The translations under genes were made by a program, and so were the position numbers. From NCBI GenBank assembly GCA_002412065.1, contig GG730042.1, positions 1-51,950 of the forward strand: DNA of 51,950 nucleotides, read 5' to 3'. A model generated the notes under the pieces. The model was given only the letters and a program-made list of their open reading frames with translations. It was not told where the DNA came from and did not search any database. Of the stretch, positions 37,106-47,310 are shown in pieces (position 1 is the stretch's first letter; every line of letters begins with the position of its first letter). This DNA comes from Candidatus Parvarchaeum acidiphilum ARMAN-4. Its GTDB lineage: Archaea; Nanobdellota; Nanobdellia; Parvarchaeales; Parvarchaeaceae.

Positions 37106-39324
37106 AATTCAAATAAGTTTACTATATTTTTTCTTTCTGCGGTTCCATATTCTTCTCTTAGCCTGCTTATTATCTCATCATACTGGTCTATTGCAGAAGA
37201 AGTAAATTCAGCTTCTAATAATGTAGGGTTATTTGTTTTATTTGCATAGTCGGATAATAAACTGAGCACATCCCCTCTAGCGTTTATGTTATCTAATACC
37301 GCATCCCACTTGCCTGCCCATTCTTCTACTCTCGAGGCTATCTCTTTTATTACGTAACTGTTCCCTTCAAGTAAATCATTAGATGGATCAAGGCTGTCCT
37401 TGTGTATATCATATTTTACCAAGTCTACAAATCCGTTTTCATACTGCGGGTCATCTATCCATTCTTTCCTTACCTCAGTTACGTTAAGTACCCTTCTTTT
37501 CTCAATTAATCTGTCTTCTGTCCTAATCTTATTTACAGAGACTATTAAATCTGTTGCTTTGAAGCTTGTTCTAGGTACACCAAGGTCATTGACAACCCTG
37601 TCGAAAACTCCATAAGGGTTTTCACCATGTATGGTTCCCATAACTGTATTTGAAAGTGCACCAACACGCATTGCTTCATACAAGGCCTTTGCTTCAGTGC
37701 TTCTTACTTCTCCAACAATTAATGAGCTGTCACCCAACCTTAAAGTTGTTCTTATTCCTTCATCGGCGCTCATTTCCGATTTTTCGCCAGTAATTGCGCT
37801 CTGCACCTTTAATGAAAGCATATCATAGCCTAATCTCGTAAAAGCATCAGTCGGTATTTCCAAAGTGTCTTCTACAGTTATTACTCTATATCTTTTCATA
37901 AGAAGAAGCATCAATGCAGTAAGCATTGAGGTTTTACCAGCACCCCTCGTGCCGCTTATTAGTATTGTTCTTGCCCCCTCAACGCAGAACCATAGCAGGC
38001 CCGCTGTAAAAGGAGATATCATCTGATTGTTTATGAATAGAGGAATTGTCCAGGGTTTTTCCCTGTGTCTTCTGAATGCTATGCTTACTCCTTCAGGAGA
38101 AAGGGGGCGCTGTGCTATTGCAACTCTTGATCTAAATAAATCTGTTATTAATTCAGTGTCCAGAACAGGGTGGCCTTCATCTAAAGCTCTTCCAGACATC
38201 AACCTGAATCTAGAAGTCCAGGCATCTACTTCCTTTGCGTTTGGTATAATATTAGATGCACATTCTCCGTATTTTGAATGCTTTACAAAAACAGGAGATT
38301 TACTTATTGGAGAGTTTATGTATACATCCTCTACCATATCATCGGACAAAACTATCTCAGTCATACCAAAACCGACAGTAAGTCTTACAAGAATCCTTGC
38401 AAGCTTGTCTATGTCCTTGAAGCTTAAGCTATACTTGTTTTTTGTGCTTATTTCAGAGATCATGTCTTTACTTATCTTAAAGAAAACATCCCTCATTCTA
38501 AGTGGGTCTGTAAATTCATTTTCTTGTGGCCTATAATCAATTAAGTTATTCCTTACTTGATCCAGTATATCATACTCTTCTACATTTAGGAGCAATTCAG
38601 GAGGAGAAAGGTGGTATAGATATTGTGATACCCCTGGTATATGGTATATAGTTACTTCTGTTTGGTCTTCATCCCCTATTTTATAGCTTTCTATCTCAAC
38701 CGCAGAGAGTGGAGGTTCGGACATTATTCTTGTGTAAGTGAAATTAGGCCTTATAAGGGGTTTGAATATGCCTCTGTAAGGTTGTCTGTCCCCTATCTTA
38801 TACCCTAATATAAGGTTTAAGTTTTTGTTTACAATCTGAATTTTTTCTATCTCTGAAATTAAGTTGCTAAATTTGTCTAAAAACTCGGAAAATAAATCTG
38901 ATCCTGAGTTTTCCTGTTTTACTTTAAACTCCCTTAGAAACCTAAGGCCAAGTACGTATGCTCCAAGCGGGTCCCTTTTTAGGCGGTTGAAAAGTATATA
39001 GTTAAACTTTGAAACTTCTTCTGGGAAATTTTTCTGTATATCACTGTCAAACGGCTTTGATAAATCCGATTCAAGCATTGCCTTGTACCTATTTGCAAGG
39101 TCATTTAAAAGGCTAACCTGATCTTTAGTATAAATATAATTTCTGTCGCTTACTATTGTAAGAAGTGTTATATCTCCAGATTCTATTATTATGTTTATTA
39201 CTTTCTCAAATATGTCCTCATTATCCTCTGGATTTGGGTAAAGAACATCCAAAGGAACTTTATATGTAAGCGAGATCTCTCCCTCTTCCCTGGAAATAGA
39301 ATAATCCTTGGTTTTTAATTCCAT
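37084..39324 (-). CDS. Type II/IV secretion/pilus assembly ATPase (VirB11/ArlI-like)
   Basis: GTRGAGKT, TVEDTLE, LRLGDSSLIVGEVR, GTIHG. Confidence 0.92.
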   Translation of the reverse strand: MELKTKDYSISREEGEISLTYKVPLDVLYPNPEDNEDIFEKVINIIIESGDITLLTIVSDRNYIYTKDQVSLLNDLANRYKAMLESDLSKPFDSDIQKNFPEEVSKFNYILFNRLKRDPLGAYVLGLRFLREFKVKQENSGSDLFSEFLDKFSNLISEIEKIQIVNKNLNLILGYKIGDRQPYRGIFKPLIRPNFTYTRIMSEPPLSAVEIESYKIGDEDQTEVTIYHIPGVSQYLYHLSPPELLLNVEEYDILDQVRNNLIDYRPQENEFTDPLRMRDVFFKISKDMISEISTKNKYSLSFKDIDKLARILVRLTVGFGMTEIVLSDDMVEDVYINSPISKSPVFVKHSKYGECASNIIPNAKEVDAWTSRFRLMSGRALDEGHPVLDTELITDLFRSRVAIAQRPLSPEGVSIAFRRHREKPWTIPLFINNQMISPFTAGLLWFCVEGARTILISGTRGAGKTSMLTALMLLLMKRYRVITVEDTLEIPTDAFTRLGYDMLSLKVQSAITGEKSEMSADEGIRTTLRLGDSSLIVGEVRSTEAKALYEAMRVGALSNTVMGTIHGENPYGVFDRVVNDLGVPRTSFKATDLIVSVNKIRTEDRLIEKRRVLNVTEVRKEWIDDPQYENGFVDLVKYDIHKDSLDPSNDLLEGNSYVIKEIASRVEEWAGKWDAVLDNINARGDVLSLLSDYANKTNNPTLLEAEFTSSAIDQYDEIISRLREEYGTAERKNIVNLFELWLKSKK

Positions 39325-39351
39325 TATTAATATTATACCATCTCCAGGCTT

Positions 39352-41772
39352 TTATTTATGTTTTCTTCCGTTTTTTCTGCGTCTTATGCGCTCTATTACA
39401 AGTAGTACTGCCAATATCAATATTATTATACCAACTATTATATACAATTCATACAAACCTGCAGTAATTGAAAGGGTATTCGAAAGCCCATTTAGGTTAT
39501 GAAAAGAAAATTTTGAATTATACGCAGTTATTGTCGCATTATATAACTTTTGAGGGACATTTAAGAATGTAACACCACCGAATATATTTGTTGAATTTAC
39601 AAAAGATACATTATCTATTTTTATAGAGACACTGGCTCCAACAACAGGTATGCCCAATATTGTTAAAATTTTTAATTTTATGTTTGAAACAGGCAGTGTA
39701 ACATTCAGGTAATTTTGAGAGTCAGTCTGTAAAGTTTCGTTTACATCTAAGTTTATTCCATCATAGCTGGCATTTTGTATCAGGATTTGTGTATTCTTTG
39801 CGGCCCACACATAATCGCTCTTATATTTTTCAGTCAGGTTTTCAGAAGATATATAGAAAGATGAAGGTTTTATAGTGTTGTTCTGTTTTGAAAGAAAATT
39901 CAATGTGTAATTGTACTCTTTTACAAAGTTTATGTTTATACGGCTTTCAAATGATTTAGTCAAATTTATAGAAACGTATCGATTATCGTTTATTACCTGT
40001 GGCACTTCACTTATATAAAAGTTAGAATTATTTGTAGAATAGATATAACCTCCATCCTTTAACAATGTGTGTTCTTCTTTGATTTTTTTAGATAAAGGGA
40101 TATGCGTGTAATATGATACATTTGTATATAAACCAGCGGTTCCATTTACGAAATTAAAAGTTACTTTTGGATCTTTGTTCCATAAAAAGCTTACATTAAA
40201 AGGAGATAGAACTTCTATAGAGTAATCTGAATGCTGAAGTAAAGTCCCGTTGTCTATATCAAATCCAATAAGCACATCTTGGTAATTAGAATAATTTTCT
40301 AGTTTTTGAGCAGATATTGTGAAGGTGCTACCATTCTCAATGTATTTGCTGCTGTTGTCTACACCATTATAACTATATTCATTTATCAGGTAGTAAAGGG
40401 AAAAATTAACATTTACAGTGCCAGACATGTTTACAAAAAATGAAACAGTTCTGTTATCACTATTTACAATACCAGTATAAGAATTAAAAACTTTTTTTGA
40501 GTTTCCATTAATGTTCTGGGAATAAGCTGTAAGCGTTACTTTCTCTCCAAAAGTCAGCTTTAGGGCCACAGAACTAGTATAGTTTTTGCCGTTTATACTA
40601 AATATCCCATTTACAGGGTCGCTAAAGTAAATTTCATTGGTTGTATTAGACAGCAATTCAACGAGCGGATAAACATTTGGAGAACCTAATCCTGTAACTT
40701 CATTATATTCCCCATCTGCACAGTATGCTCCGTTGCAGCCACTTGTTATATTGTGGAAAGCCAGACTGCCTGCTCTTGTGTATAAGCTGTATAAATGATT
40801 ATCAAGGTAGCCCTCATCCCCTTTGACATTCTGATTTATTAAGGAATCTACTGCAGCCCACGATGGGGCAGCTGCGCTTGTACCATAAAGCCCAACCCAG
40901 TTTAAATCGGAGTATACACAAAGTGGGGTTCCGGCGTTGAATGAAACATCTGGAACCATACGAGATGAACTTATATCCGGCTGGAATGCTGGCCTTGAAA
41001 AGAACTGGCTTTGTCCTCCGCCGCTTCCATTCCATCCAACCTCGGATTCATAACTACTATTTGAGTAAATTGAAAGTGTTGTTCCTCCAACAGCTATAAC
41101 GTTAGGGCTTGAAGCTGGGAAGTTTACATTTAAAGTGTTATATCCATTATAAGCACCGCTGTCGCCGCTTGCCACGAAAACATTTATTCCCTGTGATTGT
41201 GCGTATTGAAAAATCTGATTAGCATAGTCAATCGACTGTTGATTATAATCAAGTTCTGATGAGCCCCAGCTGAGTGATATAGTATCAACTGGCACATTAT
41301 TAATCGTATAGTTTACTGTTTCGAAAAGCCAGGAATCATTCGGAGCTACAATCAAGTAAATTTTTGCACCGGGTGCAATCGAATGTACTACTTCAACATC
41401 TAAATCAGTCTCATAAGTCCAATTCTGCGGATCAGAGCTCGGGCTTCCAAAAGGCTGTTCAACTATCAGATTAGAGCCATTTGTAAGCGGACTTAAACCG
41501 TACTGAGAATCAAATGTATTTACATCCTGTTGTATATTTTTATCACCGTATGCTACAACTATTGCAACTGACTGCCCACTACCATTTACGCCATCATTAT
41601 ACAATGGGAGAACATCATAAGCGGTTCTTATATTTTGTGGCGACAGATATGAGCAAGTTTGACTTTGCAGAGGTATCTCTTGAAAATTCAGGTTTACTCC
41701 TTTTGAAGCATGGGCAATAGAAATTGAAAATAAAAATATTGCCAAAACAATCAATAAGCTTAGTTTCTTCAT
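39352..41772 (-). CDS. Membrane-anchored sedolisin (S53) acid protease
   Basis: ETDLDVE, SLSWG, ASGDSG, GTSAAAP, YNEVTGLGSP; signal peptide, C-terminal TM and basic tail. Confidence 0.9.
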   Translation of the reverse strand: MKKLSLLIVLAIFLFSISIAHASKGVNLNFQEIPLQSQTCSYLSPQNIRTAYDVLPLYNDGVNGSGQSVAIVVAYGDKNIQQDVNTFDSQYGLSPLTNGSNLIVEQPFGSPSSDPQNWTYETDLDVEVVHSIAPGAKIYLIVAPNDSWLFETVNYTINNVPVDTISLSWGSSELDYNQQSIDYANQIFQYAQSQGINVFVASGDSGAYNGYNTLNVNFPASSPNVIAVGGTTLSIYSNSSYESEVGWNGSGGGQSQFFSRPAFQPDISSSRMVPDVSFNAGTPLCVYSDLNWVGLYGTSAAAPSWAAVDSLINQNVKGDEGYLDNHLYSLYTRAGSLAFHNITSGCNGAYCADGEYNEVTGLGSPNVYPLVELLSNTTNEIYFSDPVNGIFSINGKNYTSSVALKLTFGEKVTLTAYSQNINGNSKKVFNSYTGIVNSDNRTVSFFVNMSGTVNVNFSLYYLINEYSYNGVDNSSKYIENGSTFTISAQKLENYSNYQDVLIGFDIDNGTLLQHSDYSIEVLSPFNVSFLWNKDPKVTFNFVNGTAGLYTNVSYYTHIPLSKKIKEEHTLLKDGGYIYSTNNSNFYISEVPQVINDNRYVSINLTKSFESRININFVKEYNYTLNFLSKQNNTIKPSSFYISSENLTEKYKSDYVWAAKNTQILIQNASYDGINLDVNETLQTDSQNYLNVTLPVSNIKLKILTILGIPVVGASVSIKIDNVSFVNSTNIFGGVTFLNVPQKLYNATITAYNSKFSFHNLNGLSNTLSITAGLYELYIIVGIIILILAVLLVIERIRRRKNGRKHK

Positions 41773-41858
41773 AGTCTAATCAAACACCATATAAATTTAA
41801 AATTATAGTAATTTTGGATATAGAAAAAGTTAAATACTAAGCTATTTATTGAAACTAA

Positions 41859-42152
41859 ATGAAATTGCCAAGTCAAGTCAGAAGATATTGTAAATTCTGC
41901 AAAGAGCATACTCTTCAAAAGGTGGTCCAAGTTAAGGGCGGACAGAGGGGAACTTTGACCGCAGGTAGCCGTAGGAAAGGATGGAATCTTGAGCATGGTT
42001 ACGGTTCCACACCTTACCCAATGTTTGAGCATGCAAAAAGACTTGGTATTAAGCAGTCAAAAAGAATAGACTTAAGATATAAATGTACAAAATGCGGTAA
42101 AATGACTACCCAGAAGAGGGGTAAGAAAGCAAAGAAATTGGAGATAAAATAA
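41859..42152 (+). CDS. rpl44e: 50S ribosomal protein L44e (eL42)
   Basis: YCKFCKEHT...CTKCGK. Confidence 0.93.
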   Translation: MKLPSQVRRYCKFCKEHTLQKVVQVKGGQRGTLTAGSRRKGWNLEHGYGSTPYPMFEHAKRLGIKQSKRIDLRYKCTKCGKMTTQKRGKKAKKLEIK

Positions 42153-42153
42153 A

Positions 42154-42345
42154 ATGGAAGAAATTATATTCAGGCCTTCAGAAGGCAAATTTTCAAAGGT
42201 CAGGTGCAATAAGTGCAAAAATGAGCAGGTCATATTTACCAAAGCTTCAACCGAAGTCAAGTGTTTAGTATGCAATGAAGTTCTAGCTAAACCAACAGGT
42301 GGAAAGGCCAAAATACTGGCAGAAGTAATAGAAAACTATTCTTAA
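42154..42345 (+). CDS. rps27e: 30S ribosomal protein S27e
   Basis: VRCNKCKNEQVIF..CLVC..PTGGKA. Confidence 0.95.
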   Translation: MEEIIFRPSEGKFSKVRCNKCKNEQVIFTKASTEVKCLVCNEVLAKPTGGKAKILAEVIENYS

Positions 42346-42454
42346 TTTGTAGCTAAGGGTTTTCTTTAGAGTATACTGCAAGTAATTCAATGCTTAGTTT
42401 ATTACAAATAAAATCATTGTAATATTTATATATCATATAATTGCTTAGAAACTT

Positions 42455-42997
42455 ATGGATGTGTACGATGCAATAACGAAGAGAAGGACAGTATACTCTT
42501 TTATAGATAAGGAAGTAAATGAAGAAGTAGTACTAAAATTGATAGATGCAGCTGTAAAGTCGCCAACCGCGGGTGGCATTAGAGAGTATGAATTTATAAT
42601 AGTAACAAATCCAAACACAAAAAAGGAAATAAGCAGGATTTCACTTACTCCTCACATAGACTCTGCACCATTCATGGTTGTAGTTATCTGTGATAAGTCA
42701 AAAATGGATGCAGTCTTTGATCAAGAAGATAGCGAAACATTCTGCGTGGAAAACGCTGCACTGGCAATAGAGAATATATTGTTGATGGCAAGTAGCTATG
42801 ATTTAGGGAGCGCATGGATAGCAACTTTGCAACAAGATGAGATAAAAAACCTTCTAGGTATACCAGAGAAATATAAAGTTAGAGGAATTATCCCAATAGG
42901 CTACATAAGGGACGACGTAGAAATAAAAAGAATTTCGCCAAAGGTTGACTTAAGCAGGATAGTCCACATAGAAAAGTTTAATAAGAATAATGAATAG
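42455..42997 (+). CDS. Nitroreductase family protein
   Basis: AITKRRTV, SPTAG, ENILL.A...LGSAW, PIGY. Confidence 0.9.
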   Translation: MDVYDAITKRRTVYSFIDKEVNEEVVLKLIDAAVKSPTAGGIREYEFIIVTNPNTKKEISRISLTPHIDSAPFMVVVICDKSKMDAVFDQEDSETFCVENAALAIENILLMASSYDLGSAWIATLQQDEIKNLLGIPEKYKVRGIIPIGYIRDDVEIKRISPKVDLSRIVHIEKFNKNNE

Positions 42998-43008
42998 GTT
43001 ATAAGAAT

Positions 43009-43173
43009 ATGTTAAATAAAAAAGCACAGACAAGAATGCCTTCTTCCTTTGGAGGATTAGTGCAGTATTACTCAGATTATAAAAGCAAAATAACAATCAA
43101 GCCAAGAACCGTGATAATACTGGGTATAATTTTAGTTATAGTTGTAGTTGGAATAAAAGCTGTTTTTGGTTAA
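43009..43173 (+). CDS. secG: Preprotein translocase subunit Sec61beta (archaeal SecG)
   Basis: Manual translation MLNKKAQTRMPSSFGGLVQYYSDYKSKITIKPRTVIILGIILVIVVVGIKAVFG; below the ORF track cut-off. Confidence 0.88.
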   Translation: MLNKKAQTRMPSSFGGLVQYYSDYKSKITIKPRTVIILGIILVIVVVGIKAVFG

Positions 43174-43183
43174 AAAAATAAAA

Positions 43184-43215
43184 GCAGTTTTTGAGTCCGA
43201 GTATGCAAAAACTGC
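43184..43215. terminator. Stem-loop between convergent secG and hjc
   Basis: GCAGTTTTTG-12 nt-CAAAAACTGC, a perfect 10-bp stem. Confidence 0.55.
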
Positions 43216-43290
43216 CTTCTAATAAAAAAACTCATACTCTTTTCTAATAATAATTGTATTAAAGTATTTACTAGAAACTATTGGAAACAG

Positions 43291-43623
43291 TTAACTGCCA
43301 TATTTTTCAATAAAAGAGTCTATATCTTCTCCGTCATTTTCTGAAACAATCTTTTGCGGAGCAACCACTACTGTCCTTCCCCTTCTGAAATGTACAACAA
43401 GCTTAAAAGGAAATCCAGCATAATCCTTTTCCATGTAACCATAATAATAAAATTTGCGCTTATTTGTAGATTTTATCTGTAAGAAGATGCACTTTCCATT
43501 TTTGAATGCTATTATATCGTATTCACCCAAGCTGCCGCCTGCTCTTACTACTTTCCACCCTCTTTTTATAAAACTAAGCTTTACGTTTCTTTCAGCACGG
43601 TATCCTTTCATTTTGTTGAACAT
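43291..43623 (-). CDS. hjc: Holliday junction resolvase Hjc
   Basis: KGYRAER, GWKVVRAGGS, DIIAF, LQIKS. Confidence 0.85.
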   Translation of the reverse strand: MFNKMKGYRAERNVKLSFIKRGWKVVRAGGSLGEYDIIAFKNGKCIFLQIKSTNKRKFYYYGYMEKDYAGFPFKLVVHFRRGRTVVVAPQKIVSENDGEDIDSFIEKYGS

Positions 43624-43625
43624 AA

Positions 43626-44596
43626 TCAAAGCCTTTTTACTTTATTCACTCTTCCTTCCTGTTTTATCTTTAATAGCTTATAGTTTGTTAACTTTGATAA
43701 ATCTTGCTTACTTTTATCTTAGAAAAGCCAGTCTTTTTTATTATGTCTGCTTGATATGTAAAACCTTTTCTATCCACTGCAGAGAGAACTAGTTTCGCGT
43801 CGTGGTTCAATAAATTTATAGCAAATTTTTTATTTTCTCTTTTCTTTGTTTTTTTCAAAGGACTTTTTTTGGGTTTTTTATGGTAAAAGTACCAGCCCAT
43901 TATAACTACGTAAAATATTATTATGGGAATAATATAATCTAAATAATAATTTGTGTTTGAAGGTTTTTTACTTACTAATTTTAAGTTATATTCTATCTCA
44001 AAAGGCAGGTCGATGTAATAACCAGTAATATTTGGATAACTCTGGTTTATTAAACTCCAAGAGACCTGAAAATGATTGCCGATAGGTGTTATTATAGAAG
44101 TTGGAACATCATAAGCACCAGTTGGTATGTACGCTTTGCTCGGCAGGAGCATCTTTACTGTCAAAGAGCGAGTAAAACTCGACGGTAGAAAATATATTGT
44201 TGAATTGAACGGACCATTCACAGAACGGTAATTTTGATAGTAATCATAATGTAGGGTTATAGGCACACCGTTTTTTACATTTTCCACCTCTACTAATATG
44301 CAGCTATTTAATACTGAGAAAGTATGGCAGTCTGTTGAAGGATATACTTTTAAATTATTTAAACTCGTTAGGTTTTTTATGTTTGAAGGCAGACTTAAAT
44401 TAAAGTTTGAACTTGAAGAATTGTATAATGTTAATGTGTAGTTTACTGTAGAATAAGAATAAAAATTGGAGGTTTGAGTAACATTGCTGTATATCTCTAC
44501 CTGGGAATAAGGCATTGCCGCAGATTTGCCAACCATCGACAAAAACAGCAATATAACAATCACCAAAATCATCGATTTAAACATATTTATTTTCAT
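43626..44596 (-). pseudogene. Membrane-anchored protein with C-terminal wHTH, frameshifted near the 3' end
   Basis: Signal peptide, extracellular domain, TM, then QADIIKKTGFSKIKVSKI. Adding one T near 43700 restores LSKLTNYKLLKIKQEGRVNKVKRL* (stop at 43626). Confidence 0.75.
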
Positions 44597-44676
44597 AATT
44601 GCCTTATATTTGGTTTTATACCATTATAATATAATAAACTAAGCTTTAAATATAAAAAAGTAATAAAGGATGAGAT

Positions 44677-44871
44677 ATGAGAACAGCAAAATACGGTGTA
44701 GGAGTTAGAAAAAGGATTGATGCTATCAAGCAGCTTAGATCTGAAAAATATCCTTGTCCAAGATGTAAGAAACTTTCTATAAGAAGGAAGTCTGCAGGCA
44801 TATGGAAATGCAAGCATTGCGGCCTTGTAATTGCTGATAATGCTTACAGTTTAAGTTCAAAGGTGATATAA
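44677..44871 (+). CDS. rpl37ae: 50S ribosomal protein L37Ae (eL43)
   Basis: KYGVGVR, CPRC, GIWKCKHC. Confidence 0.92.
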   Translation: MRTAKYGVGVRKRIDAIKQLRSEKYPCPRCKKLSIRRKSAGIWKCKHCGLVIADNAYSLSSKVI

Positions 44872-44872
44872 A

Positions 44873-45013
44873 ATGTCAAAATATAAGTGTTTTAATTGTG
44901 GTGCAACTATAGACTCTTCTGAGATAGGTGATGTAGTTAGGTGCACTTATTGCGGTGGAAGAATTTTAATAAAGAAGAAACCAGAAGGCGGACACAATGT
45001 TAAAGCAAGGTAA
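44873..45013 (+). CDS. rpoP: RNA polymerase subunit P (Rpo12)
   Basis: Manual translation MSKYKCFNCGATIDSSEIGDVVRCTYCGGRILIKKKPEGGHNVKAR; canonical position after rpl37ae. Confidence 0.92.
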   Translation: MSKYKCFNCGATIDSSEIGDVVRCTYCGGRILIKKKPEGGHNVKAR

Positions 45014-45245
45014 TCTGTACAGTGTTACCATAAAACTAAAACCCGATAAAAATTTCTTAAATAATCTATTTACGGCTTTATCCTACAATGAAACTTCCGA
45101 TAAGAGGGTAAAAACAAAGATAAAAATGTTAGCAGATGGAATAAATATAAGTATAAAAGCAAATGATTTTAATATATTACTTGCTGTAAATAATAGTATA
45201 ATACAGTCAATAAAGATGTTGGAGACAGTAAATAAATATGAATGA
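44997..45245 (+). CDS. pcc1: KEOPS subunit Pcc1
   Basis: Size, I.I.A.D...L.A..NS pattern, and synteny rpoP-pcc1-pfdB. Confidence 0.7.
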   Translation: MLKQGNLYSVTIKLKPDKNFLNNLFTALSYNETSDKRVKTKIKMLADGINISIKANDFNILLAVNNSIIQSIKMLETVNKYE

Positions 45246-45546
45246 AGAAGAATTTGAGGAACTTAGACAGCGTTTGCAGGTTGAGACCACACAGAAGCAG
45301 ACAATGCAACTGCAATATAATGAGCTTAAAAGAACAATAGAAGAGGTTGAAAAAACCAAAGATGGGATGGATTTGTTCCAATTATCAGGGCAGATACTGA
45401 TAAAAAAAGATAAGAATGAGATACTTAAGGACCTTAAAGACAAATCTGAGATAATAGATTTTAGGCTGAAATCCTCCTCTAAATCAATAGACGAATTAAC
45501 CAATAAACTGCAGAGCATGCAGGATAGCTTAAAAAAGTCGCAGTAA
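45238..45546 (+). CDS. pfdB: Prefoldin beta subunit
   Basis: Coiled coil, FQLSGQILIK hairpin, coiled coil; synteny. Confidence 0.85.
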   Translation: MNEEEFEELRQRLQVETTQKQTMQLQYNELKRTIEEVEKTKDGMDLFQLSGQILIKKDKNEILKDLKDKSEIIDFRLKSSSKSIDELTNKLQSMQDSLKKSQ

Positions 45547-45590
45547 AATATAATTGATAAATTTTTATGCTTTGAAATCCTTACTAAAGT

Positions 45591-46556
45591 ATGTTTGATT
45601 TTGTTACTTTGGGATCGACAACGAAAGACACTTTTCTTTTTTTGGACAAGGTTGTGTTAAAACCAGGAGTGAATAAGCATTTTCTTGAGATCCCTACAGA
45701 CAAGAAAATAGATGTGAATAAAGTGCTGGAATTCAGCGGTGGTAGTGCTACAAATGCTGCGGCAACGTTCTCTGCATTTGGAAAGAAATGTGCAGTGGTT
45801 TCCAAAATAGGTACGGATGAATACGGCCAATTTGTACTGGATGATTTAAACAAGCGCAAAATAAGCACAGAGCTTATAAAGATATCAAAGGGAGAAACAC
45901 CATTTTCAAACATTATAGTCTCATCAAGTGGGGACATGGTTCTTTTAATACATCGGGGAATAGAAAGCACTCTTTCTTTGGAGGATATAAGATTTGATTT
46001 TAAGTCCAAGTGGCTTTATGTGGGCCCCATGCCGTCTAAAAAAACAGAGCTCCTGATAGAGATTTTAAAATTTGCGAAAGAAAATGACATGAGAACAGTT
46101 CTAAATCCTGGCTCGGTAGAATTAAACTTGAAGCTAAAGAAAATGATACCTGTCCTAAAATATGTGGATATAATCAGCATGAATGACGACGAAGCAAAGA
46201 AATTTGTAGGTTATTCAAATGATGTAAACAACATATCTAAATTGTCAGAGTATGTTAATGATATTGCAATAATAACAAAAGGCGAAAAAGGATCTTTAGT
46301 TTCGTCAAAAAATAATCTTTATATCGCTAACACCTTTAAGACCAAGCAGATAAATTTTATAGGTGCTGGCGATGCATTTTTGTCAGCATTTGTAAATGCT
46401 GTAGATGATGGAAAGGACATAGAGCAGGCAATAACAGCAGGCAGTTTTAATGCGAGCAATGTTATACAGAAATACGGTGCAAAAGAGGGGATAATCGGCA
46501 ATTACCCATCTGATGTCAGTAAACTTAGAATTGCAAAAAGCAAGTTATCTATATAA
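45591..46556 (+). CDS. PfkB family carbohydrate kinase (candidate phosphofructokinase)
   Basis: GGSATNAA, NDDEA, TKGEKG, GAGDAF. Confidence 0.9.
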   Translation: MFDFVTLGSTTKDTFLFLDKVVLKPGVNKHFLEIPTDKKIDVNKVLEFSGGSATNAAATFSAFGKKCAVVSKIGTDEYGQFVLDDLNKRKISTELIKISKGETPFSNIIVSSSGDMVLLIHRGIESTLSLEDIRFDFKSKWLYVGPMPSKKTELLIEILKFAKENDMRTVLNPGSVELNLKLKKMIPVLKYVDIISMNDDEAKKFVGYSNDVNNISKLSEYVNDIAIITKGEKGSLVSSKNNLYIANTFKTKQINFIGAGDAFLSAFVNAVDDGKDIEQAITAGSFNASNVIQKYGAKEGIIGNYPSDVSKLRIAKSKLSI

Positions 46557-46563
46557 TCTATGA

Positions 46564-47310
46564 ATGTTTATCTTTAATATGGAAAAATTACCTTTGAAAG
46601 GAGTATTTTTGGCTTATGACCATGGGCTAGAACATGGGCCAACAGACTTTAATGACTTAAATGTCTCGCCTAAATACATAATAGACCTAGCAAAAAAGGC
46701 TGAAGTTGATGCACTTATCCTGCTTAAAGGGAGTGCAAGGCATTACTACAATAAGAAAGAAATTAACATACCTTTAATACTGAAATTAAACGGAAAAACA
46801 AGATTATATGAAGGAGAGCCTTTTTCCACTCAAAACACAAGCGTTTCAGAGGCAGTAAAGCTTGGTGCTGCTGCTGTCGGTTACACTGTATACTGGGGAA
46901 GTAAATACGAGAAATTCATGGTTAGAGAATTTGGAAAGATAGAGGAAGAAGCTCATTCTTTAGGTTTACCTGTAATAATGTGGTCTTATCCGAGAGGTAA
47001 AAACATAAAAGATGACGAATCGTTAGAAATTGTTTCTTATGCCGCAAGAGCTGCCTTTGAAATGGGTGCAGATATAGTTAAACTAAAGTATCCAGATGAC
47101 GATTCCAAATTAGAATGGGTAGTTAAATCTGCTGATAAAACAAAAGTTTTTCTTGCAGGAGGTAAGAAACTAGATACAGAAAACATTGAGCAGCATGTTA
47201 AGAAGGCAATAAATGCAGGATTTAGTGGTATCGCTATAGGTAGGAATATCTGGCAAAGTGACAATCCTGTCGAGAGAATAAAAGAAATAAAAAATACTTT
47301 AAAAGATTAA
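46564..47310 (+). CDS. fba: Archaeal class I fructose-bisphosphate aldolase (DhnA-type)
   Basis: AYDHGLEHGP, WSYPRG, GADIVKLKY, AGG, AIGRNIWQ. Confidence 0.9.
   Translation: MFIFNMEKLPLKGVFLAYDHGLEHGPTDFNDLNVSPKYIIDLAKKAEVDALILLKGSARHYYNKKEINIPLILKLNGKTRLYEGEPFSTQNTSVSEAVKLGAAAVGYTVYWGSKYEKFMVREFGKIEEEAHSLGLPVIMWSYPRGKNIKDDESLEIVSYAARAAFEMGADIVKLKYPDDDSKLEWVVKSADKTKVFLAGGKKLDTENIEQHVKKAINAGFSGIAIGRNIWQSDNPVERIKEIKNTLKD

Noticed and set aside
35289-38536. Long antisense ORFs (35289..35846, 38027..38536), and similarly 50733..51224, 51408..51845, 45584..46009 and other short overlaps
   Set aside because: Shadows of well-supported genes on the opposite strand, with no recognisable motifs.
34988-39324. 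Archaellum operon
   Set aside because: No archaellin, ArlH or ArlF/G adjacent; better described as a generic type IV pilus ATPase/platform pair.
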